A stretch of DNA of 64,000 bases from an uncultured bacterium (GTDB taxonomy: Bacteria > Zixibacteria > MSB-5A5 > GN15 > FEB-12), in assembly GCA_965372795.1 (NCBI GenBank), contig CBDVDR010000005.1, positions 97,605 to 161,604 of the forward strand, read 5' to 3'. Of this stretch, positions 18,653 through 29,577 are shown in pieces. The position numbers were made by a program, and so were the translations under genes. Positions within the stretch are counted from its first letter, which is position 1, and each line of letters opens with the position of its first letter. The notes beneath the pieces were generated by a model. The model ran no database searches, was not told the origin of the DNA, and saw only the letters and a list, made by a program, of their open reading frames with translations.

Positions 18653-20362
18653 ATGTCCAAACAAAATTGGCGGATTATTCTTACTAGTGCTCTTCTCATA
18701 TTAGCAGTAGTAGCTTTTTGGAACACATTAAAATTGTGGACAATGAGTGAAGAAGATCGTATCGCCATGCAGGAAGCCGATCCGGGTGCTCTGCTTCATC
18801 TACAGCAGAAAGCAATTCGTCTGGGACTCGATTTACAAGGTGGTATTCACGTTGTGTTACGAGTTAAAATGGAAGAAATGGATCCCGGCAGCCGTGAAGG
18901 TGCGGTTGAGCGGGCTATTCAGGTTATCCGAAACCGTATTGATGGTTTGGGAGTTGCGGAACCGGTAATTCAAAAACAGGGTAATGACCGAATCATTATT
19001 GATCTTCCCGGTTATACCGACGCCGAACGCGCTGAGGACCTTATCGGTCAAACAGCCCTTCTGCAATTTAAACTCATGGAATCATCTGAAAACTCTTCAT
19101 TGATTCTTAGCAAAATCGATGTGATAGTTTCTGAATATTTGAGAGCTAATAAACCGGCTTCAGAAAAAACTGAAGAACCTTCAGAAACTGTTGAAGAATC
19201 ATTCGTTGACAATAGTGATATTCTTGCAGAATTGATGGGTGACTCGGTTGCTGATACAACCGGTAAATATGATTTTGATGAATCCATATCTTTTGATGAG
19301 GAAGTTAATCCGCTTGGGACTCGTCTGGAAATAGCTATGGCTTCACAACGTACCGGAGTAAGCTGGCCCGGTTACATTGTTAAAAAACAGGATAAAGAAT
19401 TAATAAATAAATGGTTGAATCTCCCGGAAGTAAAAAGAGTTATACCGGAAGATGTTATGTTTAGCTGGTCAACCCGTCCGGAGATCAGAAACAACCGCGA
19501 AGTATATTTTTTATATCTGATAAAAAGAAAAGTACAATTTTTGGGTAAATTCCTTGAGAATATCTCTCTTGGTCAGGATTCCTATGGTGGATATACGGTT
19601 GATTTTGCTCTTTCCGGAGAAGGTGCGGCTCGCTTTGCTCAGCTTACCGGAGCCAATATTGATAAACCTCTGGTAATTGTAATTGATGATAGAGTTGAAT
19701 CAGCTCCTTTTATCAATTCAAAAATTCGTAAACGCGGTCAGATTACAATGGGATCATCAGCTGGTATAAAAGATGCCCGTAATCTTGAAATCGTTTTAAA
19801 GGCTGGTGCTCTTCCTGCTCCGGTTGAAATTATTGAAAAGAATGTTGTTGGTGCATCACTAGGTGCCGATTCTATTCGTAAAGGTTTTTATGCTTCCCTG
19901 ATCGGACTTGGATTAGTGCTGCTTTACATTGGAATATATTATCGTCTTTCCGGCTTTATTGCCGACATCGGACTGATTTTCAATATTTTCTTCCTTCTTT
20001 CAATTATGGCAGGTTTAGGGGCAACCTTAACAATGCCTGGAATTGCAGGTATTATTCTAACCATTGGTATCTCGGTTGATGCTAATATTCTGATTTTTGA
20101 ACGAATTCGCGAAGAGTTGCGAACCGGTAAAACAGTTCGTGCTTCGATTGATGCCGGTTACAACCGGGCATTTGTGGCAATTTTTGACTCTCATGTCACG
20201 ACCTTGATTACCGCCGCTGCCTTGTTCCTTTTAGGATCAGGACCGATTAAAGGTTTTGCTGTCACATTATTCTGGGGTGTTACAATTTCATTGTATACTG
20301 CTTATGTTATCACCCGTCAGATATTTGAACTTCGCAAAGGTTATCGTTCACTTAGCATATAA
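18653..20362 (+). CDS. secD: Protein translocase subunit SecD
   Basis: LGLDLQGG, RIDGLGVAEP, LKAGALPAP, TMPGIAGIILTIGISVDANILIFERIREE. Confidence 0.97.
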   Translation: MSKQNWRIILTSALLILAVVAFWNTLKLWTMSEEDRIAMQEADPGALLHLQQKAIRLGLDLQGGIHVVLRVKMEEMDPGSREGAVERAIQVIRNRIDGLGVAEPVIQKQGNDRIIIDLPGYTDAERAEDLIGQTALLQFKLMESSENSSLILSKIDVIVSEYLRANKPASEKTEEPSETVEESFVDNSDILAELMGDSVADTTGKYDFDESISFDEEVNPLGTRLEIAMASQRTGVSWPGYIVKKQDKELINKWLNLPEVKRVIPEDVMFSWSTRPEIRNNREVYFLYLIKRKVQFLGKFLENISLGQDSYGGYTVDFALSGEGAARFAQLTGANIDKPLVIVIDDRVESAPFINSKIRKRGQITMGSSAGIKDARNLEIVLKAGALPAPVEIIEKNVVGASLGADSIRKGFYASLIGLGLVLLYIGIYYRLSGFIADIGLIFNIFFLLSIMAGLGATLTMPGIAGIILTIGISVDANILIFERIREELRTGKTVRASIDAGYNRAFVAIFDSHVTTLITAAALFLLGSGPIKGFAVTLFWGVTISLYTAYVITRQIFELRKGYRSLSI

Positions 20363-20381
20363 CAAAAGAGGATTATAAATT

Positions 20382-21311
20382 ATGTTTAGAATAATTGGAG
20401 ATACAAATATTGATTTCATTGGCCTGCGCAAGTATGCTTTTATGATCTCATTGGTATTGGTATCATTGGGGATTTTTTCCTTTATCATGATATCTACCGG
20501 TAAAGCGAATATGGGTATCGACTTCGCTGGTGGAGTCATGCTCAAAGGATATTTCAACGATGAAGTTACAATCGAGAATCTTCGATCCTCGGTTGGAAGT
20601 GCTTTTCCAGACGCACAAATAACTCAGATGGAGGGATTTGAACTATCCCCATACGCTTTTATTATGAAAATTAAGCGTCCTGAGACTGAATCTGAAGGAA
20701 AAGAAAAAGTCACTGAACTTAAGGCTCTTATTGCAGCCAATTTCCCTGGAAATAATTTTGAAGTTGTTTCAGAACATATTATCGGACCGGCAGTCGGTGA
20801 AACCCTTCGGAATGATGCTCAAAAAGCAATTATGCTTTCTTTGTTCGGTATAATTGTCTATATCTGGATTCGCTTTGACTTCAGAAGTGGTATTGCGGCC
20901 ACAATCGCAACCTTCCATGATGTACTGGCAGTAATGGGAATATTCTATATCCTGGGATTTGAATATGACCTTTTAGTTGTTACCGCCTTGCTCACTCTTG
21001 CGGGATATTCACTAACGGATACGGTGGTTGTCTTTGATCGTATTCGTGAGAATCTGAAAAAACACCGCACCAAAGGTGAGTTTGCCGGAGCTGTCAACAC
21101 TTCTATCAACGAAGTTCTTTCAAGAACTATTAATACTTCAATCACAGTTCTCTTTGTGGTTGGAACCCTTTATCTCATCGGTGGTGATGTTCTTAAAGGT
21201 TTCTCGCTGGCATTGATTCTTGGAGTTATAATCGGAACTTATAGTTCAATTTTTGTTGCAAGTCCGATTGTTGTTGAATGGGAAGCCCGTCGACCGGTGC
21301 GTTTTAAATAA
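20382..21311 (+). CDS. secF: Protein translocase subunit SecF
   Basis: GIDFAGG, FHDV, GYSLTDTVVVFDRIREN, GTYSSIFVA. Confidence 0.97.
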   Translation: MFRIIGDTNIDFIGLRKYAFMISLVLVSLGIFSFIMISTGKANMGIDFAGGVMLKGYFNDEVTIENLRSSVGSAFPDAQITQMEGFELSPYAFIMKIKRPETESEGKEKVTELKALIAANFPGNNFEVVSEHIIGPAVGETLRNDAQKAIMLSLFGIIVYIWIRFDFRSGIAATIATFHDVLAVMGIFYILGFEYDLLVVTALLTLAGYSLTDTVVVFDRIRENLKKHRTKGEFAGAVNTSINEVLSRTINTSITVLFVVGTLYLIGGDVLKGFSLALILGVIIGTYSSIFVASPIVVEWEARRPVRFK

Positions 21312-21338
21312 GAAATATTCATTTCTTATATCAAATTG

Positions 21339-21371
21339 AAAACCGGAGGATATTTTTTCTCCGGTTTTTTT
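21339..21371 (+). terminator. Intrinsic terminator after secF
   Basis: AAAACCGGAG/CTCCGGTTTT stem followed by a T run. Confidence 0.8.
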
Positions 21372-21439
21372 ATCTTTCTTGATTATTTTCAATTAACAGT
21401 ATAAGATACTCCGTAATATTAAGATATGAGGTATATAAT

Positions 21440-23269
21440 ATGATCGCATCTTTGCTGTTACTTTCATTTTTATCAACTGTGGATTCAACCGAGATAACCC
21501 AAACCTCAGTTGAACTGGATCCAATAATTGTAACAGCCAAAAGAGAACCAACCCGATTGTCAAAAATTGTAAATTCGGCTATTTTAATTTCACATAAACA
21601 GATATCCAATATACCCGATGAAAATATTTTATCGGTCTTTGATAAATATAACAGTTCTATTATGATAACTTCCAATGCTAACGGAGGTTATGGCTTAGGT
21701 ACTCGCGGACAGGGGAAAATCATGATTCGCGGGATGGGTTTTTCACCAAATCGGGGGGTGTTGGTTTTAACTGACGGACGACCGGATATTGCCGGACTTT
21801 TTGGTCACCCTCTCCCTGACACCTATCGTAAGCCGGGCATCTATTCAGCTGAACTAATCAAAGGTGCCGCTTCAACTCTTTATGGTTCCAACGCTGTTGG
21901 CGGAGTAATTGAGCTGACTTCGTTTTATCGACCTGATATTGACAAATTTGCAAAAGTTGAATTAACCAGTGGAAGTTTTGATACCTTTGACGGGAACATC
22001 CAATACTCCCAAAAACATGGTGACTATATCACCGCCGGCTGGTATGATTATGAGCAAACCGATAACCAGCGAATTAATAATGAATATCTTAATCGTTCCG
22101 GTGGTGTACGGATACAATTTCCTTCTTATAATGGTTATGATTTTTTCTTTGCTGGAAAACTAAGTTCTTATGAATTCACAGATCCGGGACCTGATTATAA
22201 CTTGTCACCGTTTTCAGGCGATATTCTTCGCAGTGGCGCAACTATCGGCATTGATAAATCGACTACAAATTATTCTTTGTCTTTAAGGACATTTAATAAT
22301 TATGGCGAACACCAATTCTCTGATGGTTTTAATTCGATTGACCGATTAAACGGTTTGGATATTTTTGGACGCTTAAAAAATATCAGCCAATCGGGTCTTA
22401 ATCTTTCTGGTGGTCTTTCGGTGAATCGTTTGAGTGGATCGGCTTCCAACGGCACGCCTTTTATAAATGGCGGTTCATTTCATGAGGATGAATATTCAGC
22501 TCAAATGCAATCTGATTATCAGTTAAACGAAGGGCTGAATTTTTCTGTCTCCGGAAGATTTATAAATCATTCAGAATATTCTTCTCATTTTGTTTATAAC
22601 GGAGGGATCGTTTACTCGCCTAAAAATATAGGATCATTCAAACTTTCTGCCGGGACATCTTATCGTAATCCGACAATTAACGAGGCTCAGTTATTCTTAA
22701 TCTCTAACAGTGATTCGTTGAAACCGGAAGAAGGACAATATTATGAGTTTGGTTATTTTAATAAAATAAATTCTGAGCTTTCAGTTGAATCGGCTGTTTT
22801 TTATATGGAAGGTAACAACCTGATCCAGACTGTTTTCAACCCGGCTCCTCCTCCCCCGGCTTACTTTGCCAACAGCGGCTCATATTCTCAATCCGGCTGG
22901 GAAATGGGCATTGTCTATTCAAAAAATATTTATACTGTAAATTCATCATTCAGCCATTTGAATCTATCTGATTATAATTCATCGGTCCCTGAGGATCGGA
23001 TCAATATCAATCTGTCAGCCGCTAACCAAAAATTTTCAGCCCATTTATCAGTTATCGCTGCATTTAAAACTCATTCGGATTCAGCGGGTACCCTTGTTAT
23101 TCTCGATGATTATACAATTGCCAATTTTGATGTCTCTTACAACTTAGGTGAGATTGTGAATTTGAAGCTGTTGGTAAAAAATATTTTCGACAACGATTAT
23201 CAGCAGATCCATGGTTATCCAATGGCAGGAATAAATTTTAGAAGTACGATCTCTTTTATTTTGAAATAA
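21440..23269 (+). CDS. TonB-dependent outer-membrane receptor
   Basis: TonB box (LDPIIVTA), plug motifs IRGMG, VLTDG and ELIKGAASTLYGSNAVGGVI, C-terminal NIFDNDY..GYPMAG. Confidence 0.9.
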   Translation: MIASLLLLSFLSTVDSTEITQTSVELDPIIVTAKREPTRLSKIVNSAILISHKQISNIPDENILSVFDKYNSSIMITSNANGGYGLGTRGQGKIMIRGMGFSPNRGVLVLTDGRPDIAGLFGHPLPDTYRKPGIYSAELIKGAASTLYGSNAVGGVIELTSFYRPDIDKFAKVELTSGSFDTFDGNIQYSQKHGDYITAGWYDYEQTDNQRINNEYLNRSGGVRIQFPSYNGYDFFFAGKLSSYEFTDPGPDYNLSPFSGDILRSGATIGIDKSTTNYSLSLRTFNNYGEHQFSDGFNSIDRLNGLDIFGRLKNISQSGLNLSGGLSVNRLSGSASNGTPFINGGSFHEDEYSAQMQSDYQLNEGLNFSVSGRFINHSEYSSHFVYNGGIVYSPKNIGSFKLSAGTSYRNPTINEAQLFLISNSDSLKPEEGQYYEFGYFNKINSELSVESAVFYMEGNNLIQTVFNPAPPPPAYFANSGSYSQSGWEMGIVYSKNIYTVNSSFSHLNLSDYNSSVPEDRININLSAANQKFSAHLSVIAAFKTHSDSAGTLVILDDYTIANFDVSYNLGEIVNLKLLVKNIFDNDYQQIHGYPMAGINFRSTISFILK

Positions 23270-23313
23270 AATCTCTTAATCATTGTAATTAAATCATATT
23301 TCTTGTAATTTGT

Positions 23314-23340
23314 TGTAACAAATTATCTTAATAATTGTCT
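23314..23340 (+). promoter_or_regulatory. ECF-sigma-type promoter, probably autoregulatory
   Basis: TGTAAC-N17-GTCT ending 12 nt before ATG 23353. Confidence 0.5.
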
Positions 23341-23352
23341 TTAGTACAAATA

Positions 23353-23871
23353 ATGAATCAATCAGATAAAAAAGACTGGCAGGATTTCTGTAGAGGGGAT
23401 CAAAATGCCCTCAACAGAATATATGAAAGGCATAAAGATTCGATGTTTACGTACTGTATTTATCTAAGCAATGACCGCCACTTGAGCGAAGAAATTATAC
23501 AGGACAGTTTTACCAAGCTGATTGAGCAAAAAAATAAAATTCACAAAATTGATTCAATCAAAAACTGGCTGTTTATCTGTTGTCGGAATCTAATGTTTAA
23601 CCAATTGAAAAAGATCAAGCAATACAATTCAGAAACATCATCAATTGTAATATCGAACAAAACCGAAACAGATTTTGAGATAAAAGAATTTATAGAAAAA
23701 GTTTTATTCAAGCTAAGCCCTGATGAAAGAGATCTGATCTTACTTAGAGAATATCAAGCTTTCCCCATTAAGGAGATGGCTCAGATGTTGAAGATTACCG
23801 AGGAATCTGTTCGGGTCAAACTTTTTCGTATCAGAAAGAAGATGCAGTTAATCGGAAAGGCAATATTATGA
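23353..23871 (+). CDS. ECF RNA polymerase sigma factor
   Basis: EEIIQDSF and NWLFICCRN (region 2); EMAQMLKITEESVRVKLFRIR (region 4). ATG 23353 preferred over TTG 23335. Confidence 0.9.
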   Translation: MNQSDKKDWQDFCRGDQNALNRIYERHKDSMFTYCIYLSNDRHLSEEIIQDSFTKLIEQKNKIHKIDSIKNWLFICCRNLMFNQLKKIKQYNSETSSIVISNKTETDFEIKEFIEKVLFKLSPDERDLILLREYQAFPIKEMAQMLKITEESVRVKLFRIRKKMQLIGKAIL

Positions 23872-24323
23872 ACGATTGCAGATATTTTGAAAAATTGATC
23901 TCTGACCAACTCGACAATGAGTTAGAAAATAATCAAACCCTCGCATTAAACCAGCATCTGAACAGTTGTACTAATTGTCAGGAATTCAAAACTACAATTG
24001 AAAAAGTCCGTGCAAAAATAAAATTGTTTCCAACTCAAGAGATTAAATCAGTCGATAACATTTCAACTCAAAGTCGAATTGCTATTAATCCCTTTAAGAA
24101 ATTATGGTCGTTGAAAATCACTATCCCGTTTCCGGCTGCAGCCTTATTGTTGTTGGTATTATTCAGCTGGAGCTTAACGACATTTTCAATAATCAATCAA
24201 ACAGAGAACGATCAAAAACAGTTAATTGATAAACAGGAAAATATCTCTATAGAATATGTCCAGACTGAACGCCTGAAACCGGTGCAGGCTGTTTCGTTAC
24301 CATTAAATCAGTTAAATAAATGA
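23868..24323 (+). CDS. Zinc-binding (zf-HC2/ZAS) membrane-anchored anti-sigma factor
   Basis: HLNSCTNC (Hx3Cx2C), single TM helix, overlaps the sigma gene stop. Confidence 0.88.
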   Translation: MNDCRYFEKLISDQLDNELENNQTLALNQHLNSCTNCQEFKTTIEKVRAKIKLFPTQEIKSVDNISTQSRIAINPFKKLWSLKITIPFPAAALLLLVLFSWSLTTFSIINQTENDQKQLIDKQENISIEYVQTERLKPVQAVSLPLNQLNK

Positions 24324-24333
24324 GGAGAATAAA

Positions 24334-25245
24334 ATGAAAAAAATCATTTTTCTATTTATAATTCTGTTTACGTTTTCATTGACGGCTCTACCTGCGAATG
24401 AGATGTATTATGTCGTGATTGATTATCTAACCGGTCAACCCGATAATTTGCAGGAAGAAGCATCAGCGATGCATGTCACAGCAATAGGGGTTCGATTCCA
24501 GGAAGACTACTATATCTCAAAAACCAGCGTCGGTATTCATGGTGGGAGTTTATTAAATAACAATGAAGATTTAACCTTCGAAATGCCGGCAATGATGAGA
24601 TTAATTGAGGATGAAAACGGACTTTATCTGCAAGGCGTTATATATGTTCTAAATTATGGAGAAAAAAACCAAATCATTGGCGGTGATAAAATACATTTTA
24701 AAGAAATAATTGAGCTGGGAAAACCGTTTGAAATTGATGCGGCTACTCATGCTAATGGTGAAGTTATTGTACTCCGATTATCTGTTTATGATAAAAAGCC
24801 AATCAAACAGCATTTACAATTCTTCAACGGGATATCCCTGTTAACACAGATGTTAATTGATGGAAAACCATTCAGCAGCAGTACGAACAGCAAGAACAGA
24901 GTAAATGACACAACCAATTTTAGAACCGGATTTGGTCTTCCCTCTAAATATTCAAACCTAGATAATTCCCAACAGCTGTTTTATAAAATGCAGATTATTT
25001 TGGAACCACTCATGAGCAATCTTGAGTCATCAACCAATCGAAAACTTACTTTTAACAGAACTTATTATATTGATACAAATTCAACAATCGGAGATGAATT
25101 TGACACAAATCTGGTATTTACTTCCCAATATTCAAAAAATGTGAACTTAAGGCGAGGCAAAATGATTCAATTGATATTCCCTCCTGACAGCCCGGCTGTA
25201 CATAATTTCGATATTGAGGACACCCTGATTATAATCCCTCGGTGA
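24334..25245 (+). CDS. Hypothetical secreted protein
   Basis: Signal peptide MKKIIFLFIILFTFSLTA, GAGGAG RBS, co-oriented with sigma and anti-sigma genes. Confidence 0.75.
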   Translation: MKKIIFLFIILFTFSLTALPANEMYYVVIDYLTGQPDNLQEEASAMHVTAIGVRFQEDYYISKTSVGIHGGSLLNNNEDLTFEMPAMMRLIEDENGLYLQGVIYVLNYGEKNQIIGGDKIHFKEIIELGKPFEIDAATHANGEVIVLRLSVYDKKPIKQHLQFFNGISLLTQMLIDGKPFSSSTNSKNRVNDTTNFRTGFGLPSKYSNLDNSQQLFYKMQIILEPLMSNLESSTNRKLTFNRTYYIDTNSTIGDEFDTNLVFTSQYSKNVNLRRGKMIQLIFPPDSPAVHNFDIEDTLIIIPR

Positions 25246-25298
25246 ATTAACTGCGTATCATATATGCATTTTCAATTATATTAAAGTGGCGATACCAC

Positions 25299-25327
25299 AA
25301 AAAGGTGCTTTTTAGCACCTTTTTTTT
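25299..25327 (+). terminator. Intrinsic terminator
   Basis: AGGTGCT-TTTT-AGCACCT followed by T7. Confidence 0.85.
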
Positions 25328-25362
25328 AAGCAAAATGACGACTTATGCTGTATACTATATAT

Positions 25363-26100
25363 ATGTTTAAGAATTACAAAATTTATCTGATAATTACGGC
25401 TATATTTCTAATTGTCGGTACTTCTGTTTTCGCCCAAAGGGATCAACAGGATATTATCCGTCAGCTTAGAAACAATAAAATACAACCCACCTCCAATACG
25501 AATCCGTCTGCAATCAAAGTCGCCCGTTTGCATTACAGCGGTGGCGGCGATTGGTATTGGGGCAATTCTGCAATTCCTAATTTTCTTCATTTTATCAAAA
25601 ACAATACTCCTTATCCGGTTGATACGCTTGAAAAACAGGTAACCATCATGGATGCAGACCTTTTCAAATACCCATTTCTGTTTGCAACCGGTCATGGAGT
25701 CATAAATTTCAGCAGTGAGGAAAAAGACCGCCTGAGACAGTACCTTGCCGGCGGGGGATTTTTATTTGTAAATGATTCTTACGGGATGGACCGATCTTTC
25801 CGAAAAGAGATGGCGGAGCTTTTCCCCGAACGTGAAATTGTTGAACTTCCTTTTTCTCATTCTTTATACCACGCCTATTACGATTTCCCAAACGGACCGC
25901 CTAAAATACATGAACATGACAACAACCCTCCCCGTGGTTATGCCATAATTTTAAATGGCCGGGTAGTGTTATATTTTCTGGTCGAATCAGATATTGGCGA
26001 CGGGTGGGAGGATCAGCAGGTTCATAACGATCCTGATGAAAAAAGAGACCAGGCTTTTAAAATGGGCTTGAACATTTTAACCTATGCTTTGTTAAACTGA
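25363..26100 (+). CDS. DUF4159 domain secreted protein
   Basis: YSGGGDWY, YPFLFATGHG, GGFLFVND, PKIHEHD, DIGDGWED. ATG 25363 lies 6 nt after TATACT, so possibly leaderless; alternative start 25345. Confidence 0.88.
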   Translation: MFKNYKIYLIITAIFLIVGTSVFAQRDQQDIIRQLRNNKIQPTSNTNPSAIKVARLHYSGGGDWYWGNSAIPNFLHFIKNNTPYPVDTLEKQVTIMDADLFKYPFLFATGHGVINFSSEEKDRLRQYLAGGGFLFVNDSYGMDRSFRKEMAELFPEREIVELPFSHSLYHAYYDFPNGPPKIHEHDNNPPRGYAIILNGRVVLYFLVESDIGDGWEDQQVHNDPDEKRDQAFKMGLNILTYALLN

Positions 26101-26168
26101 TAATAAAGCTGATATTTATATAGATAGTACCGGGTCTTACCGATAACAGTACAAAAGAGGTTTCCGGC

Positions 26169-29100
26169 ATGAGTAAATTTGAATCAATAGAAAAACTGAA
26201 AAAAACACTAACAAATATTCTCCTGAAACAGAGAATTATTTATTTCAGTGCCGGACTACTTACGTCTATCACAGCTATAATTGTAGCCTCGATCCTTCTC
26301 TCACTTATTGCAAAAATCATTATTTTGCCGGTAGCAGTCAAAATCAGCATCCTTGCCCTCGCCGGAATTTCAACTCTGTATATTTTCATCCGTTATGCTT
26401 TAAAGCGTCTGAATCATGGCAGCATTGAAAAAGTAGCGACCCTGCTTGAATCAAAGAATAAAGCCCTCAAAGGTCGGCTGATTGCTGCAATTCAATTTTC
26501 TGATAATAACGAAACCGACCATTTTTCAAAAGAACTGGTTAACCTGACGCTGAAACAGGCTCTTGAGAAAGCTGGCAATGTTGATTTTTCTGATGCCTAC
26601 TCGGTGAACCCGCTTATAAAAAATGGTAGAAATTTGATAATTTCCGGTGCCTTAGGATTAGCGATGCTTCTGCTGCTCCCGGGATTGTTCAGCTATTCTT
26701 ATGAAGTATATTCTAATCCAACCGAAGTTATCGCACCACCGCTTGGATATAGCGTTGTTCCGACTCCCGGAACCACTGAGTGGGTCAAATATCGTGATAT
26801 TGAAATAGGTGCGGCAATATTTGGTACTGATCTACCAGAAAAGGCAACAATCCATTTTCGAATGGCGGGTGGTAACTGGCAGGATAACGAAATTGATTTA
26901 AGAAAACAGCGTCACCATGAATTTGAAATGGGTGATTCAGTAAATATTATGACGACAATTCGTCAAACCAACAAGTCTTTCGATTACTATGTAACTGCCG
27001 GAAGAGTTGAAACAGAGATTCAAAAAATTGATGTGGTTGATCGACCCCGAGTCAATGAGATCAAACTCTCAATATTTTATCCTGACTACACCGGATTGGA
27101 ACCGACAATTGTTAATGAAAATAACGGTTCATTCTCTGCTGTTGTTGGAAGTCGTGTCAACCTGCAAATCGGCAGTAACCTTCCGGTTGAAACCGCAACC
27201 CTGCTTCTTGAGGATTCCAGCCGGGTACCTTTAATAGTTGATGGTAAAAGCTGTGAAACCTCTTTGTTAGTTGATAAGTCACTTTCATATTATATTCGTC
27301 TGGTTGATCATCTGGGTGAAGAAAACCCGGACCCGATAGAATATTATATTACTGCGATTCCTGATGAATATCCCTCGATAGATGTTTTAAGACCGGGATT
27401 CGATGTAAATCTTTCCGATGATATGTATCTCCCTTTGAAAGTACGAATTTTTGATGACTTTGGATTTTCATCATTGGTGTTAAAATATTCGGTTATTTCA
27501 AGACAGATGAGATCGGAAGAACATGTTGCGGTCCTTCATTTTTCCGACAGAATTAAAACCGAAGGTGAGATTGAGTTTAACTGGGATATGGATCAGTTAA
27601 ACTTATTCCCCGGAGATTATGTCAGTTATTATTTTGAAGTAGCCGATAATGACCGAATTACCGGACCAAAGATTACAAAATCTCGTCAGTATATTGCCCG
27701 TCTCCCCTCACTTGATGAGTTGATTACTCAAAATGAAGGTCAATCGGCTAAACGAATTATCAACACCGAACAGCTATTGAAATCCGGCAGAGAGCTTTCC
27801 GAGCGGCTCAAAAAATCGGTTCGCAAAATGAAAGCAGATCAGAAGAACCCCAAAAATGCTGACTGGCAGCAACAAAAAGAGCTTGAGAATATTGCGGCAA
27901 AAAATGAAGAGATGATGGACAAAATCAAAAAAATGTCTCAGGACATGGATAAATCATTAAAAGAAATGTCTGAAAATAATCTGATGAGCCGGGAGGTTCT
28001 TGAAAAACTTGCCCAGATTCAAAAACTGTTTGAAGAGGTCGCTACTCCGGAGATGAAAGAAGCACAACGGAAACTGATGGAAGCTATGAAGCAGATAGAC
28101 AAGCAGAAAATGGAAGACGCTTTAAAAGATTTTGAAATGTCACAGGATGAACTTCTCAAAAGGCTCGAACGAACTCTGGCACTGCTTAAGAAAATGCAAC
28201 TTGAGCAAAAGATGGAAGCGATGCTTCGCAAAGTTGAGCAACTTGCCGACCAACAGGACAAAATGAACAAAGAGGCTGAAAAATCAAATAAAGATAAACT
28301 TCCTTCGCTTAGCAAAACAGAAGATGAAATCAAAAAAGAGCTTGAGGCTATCAAGAGTGAACTTGATGAATTAAAAAAACTCGCCGAAGATGCCAAACTG
28401 GGTGAATCGCCCGAAGTAAAGAAATTTTCTGAATCACTTGAGAAAAATGATGCTGATCAAAATATGGAAAAGATGTCAAAATCTATGAATCAGCAAAACA
28501 AAGAAGAATCCGTCAGTCAGGGTAAAAAAGCCTATTCAAAGCTGCTTCAGATGCTCGACCAGATGCAGCAGGAATTGATGGCTATGAAAGGCGGAGATCA
28601 GGAAAAAATTAAAAAAGCGATGCGGGCGGCTTTGGATGATGCTAATTATCTTTCTGAAAATCAGGAAGACCTTTTAAAAGAATCCGGCACCGTCAATCCA
28701 AATTCGGTTGTGATGCGCGATCTGGCAACCGCCCAGCAGGATTTATTGAATTCATGCAGCGGGCTTAAAAACAGAATTACCGAACTCGGAAAAGAATCAC
28801 CCTTTGTTGCAGCAGAATTACAATCTCTGGTTGATAAAGCGACCAAAGAGATGGAAATGGCTATGATGGGGATGGGTGAGAAAAAAGGATTCATGGCTAA
28901 CCAGAATCAGCGTGAGGCAATGGTGAAACTGAACAAAGCCTCTATCCGACTTATGGAATCTATGCAGCAACAGAAAGATTGTAACAAAGGCGGTAGTTGT
29001 GATAAACCAACTCAACAATTGCAATCTCTTTGTAACAAGCAAAATGAATTAAATCAGCAGACTAAAAACCAGTGCAACAAACCGGGCGATGCTAAACCAA

Positions 29101-29561
29101 AATCAGGAGATGGCGTCAAAGAATACCTGCGGCTTGCCGGTGAACAGAAAGCGATAAGAAAATCACTCGAAGAATTGGGTCGTGAGTTTGGCAATTCCCG
29201 ACAAATATTAGGGCGTTTGGATGATATGGGCAAAGAAATGAAAGAAATAGAAGAAGCCTTAGCCAATGGTGATGTCAGTCAGGAAGTTCTTGATCGACAA
29301 GTCAAGGTTTACTCACGGATGCTTGATGCCAGCCGGTCGCTTTATCGCAGAGATTTCTCAGAACAGCGAAAAGCCAATACCGCTTCAAACAATGCTATAT
29401 TTTTACCGCAGGAATTAACAAATGATATTTTGAATGATAAATCCAAACTTGAAGATCGGTTGCGTAAATATCTAGGTGAGAATTATCCACCTCAATATGA
29501 AAAACAGATTAAAGCTTACTTTAAAGCCCTTCTGCAATTAGAATCTGGAAGTACCCAATAA
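26169..29561 (+). CDS. Large membrane-anchored coiled-coil protein (DUF4175-like)
   Basis: Three N-terminal TM helices, beta-rich middle (PDYTG, DDFG, PGD..YYFEVADND), long Q/E/K/M coiled coil, C-terminal PPQYEKQIKAYF. Confidence 0.75.
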   Translation: MSKFESIEKLKKTLTNILLKQRIIYFSAGLLTSITAIIVASILLSLIAKIIILPVAVKISILALAGISTLYIFIRYALKRLNHGSIEKVATLLESKNKALKGRLIAAIQFSDNNETDHFSKELVNLTLKQALEKAGNVDFSDAYSVNPLIKNGRNLIISGALGLAMLLLLPGLFSYSYEVYSNPTEVIAPPLGYSVVPTPGTTEWVKYRDIEIGAAIFGTDLPEKATIHFRMAGGNWQDNEIDLRKQRHHEFEMGDSVNIMTTIRQTNKSFDYYVTAGRVETEIQKIDVVDRPRVNEIKLSIFYPDYTGLEPTIVNENNGSFSAVVGSRVNLQIGSNLPVETATLLLEDSSRVPLIVDGKSCETSLLVDKSLSYYIRLVDHLGEENPDPIEYYITAIPDEYPSIDVLRPGFDVNLSDDMYLPLKVRIFDDFGFSSLVLKYSVISRQMRSEEHVAVLHFSDRIKTEGEIEFNWDMDQLNLFPGDYVSYYFEVADNDRITGPKITKSRQYIARLPSLDELITQNEGQSAKRIINTEQLLKSGRELSERLKKSVRKMKADQKNPKNADWQQQKELENIAAKNEEMMDKIKKMSQDMDKSLKEMSENNLMSREVLEKLAQIQKLFEEVATPEMKEAQRKLMEAMKQIDKQKMEDALKDFEMSQDELLKRLERTLALLKKMQLEQKMEAMLRKVEQLADQQDKMNKEAEKSNKDKLPSLSKTEDEIKKELEAIKSELDELKKLAEDAKLGESPEVKKFSESLEKNDADQNMEKMSKSMNQQNKEESVSQGKKAYSKLLQMLDQMQQELMAMKGGDQEKIKKAMRAALDDANYLSENQEDLLKESGTVNPNSVVMRDLATAQQDLLNSCSGLKNRITELGKESPFVAAELQSLVDKATKEMEMAMMGMGEKKGFMANQNQREAMVKLNKASIRLMESMQQQKDCNKGGSCDKPTQQLQSLCNKQNELNQQTKNQCNKPGDAKPKSGDGVKEYLRLAGEQKAIRKSLEELGREFGNSRQILGRLDDMGKEMKEIEEALANGDVSQEVLDRQVKVYSRMLDASRSLYRRDFSEQRKANTASNNAIFLPQELTNDILNDKSKLEDRLRKYLGENYPPQYEKQIKAYFKALLQLESGSTQ

Positions 29562-29577
29562 CGGATTATATTTTTTT

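Noticed and set aside
28019..29266. Ser-rich minus-strand ORFs
   Set aside because: Antisense artefacts of the Glu/Lys-rich coiled-coil gene
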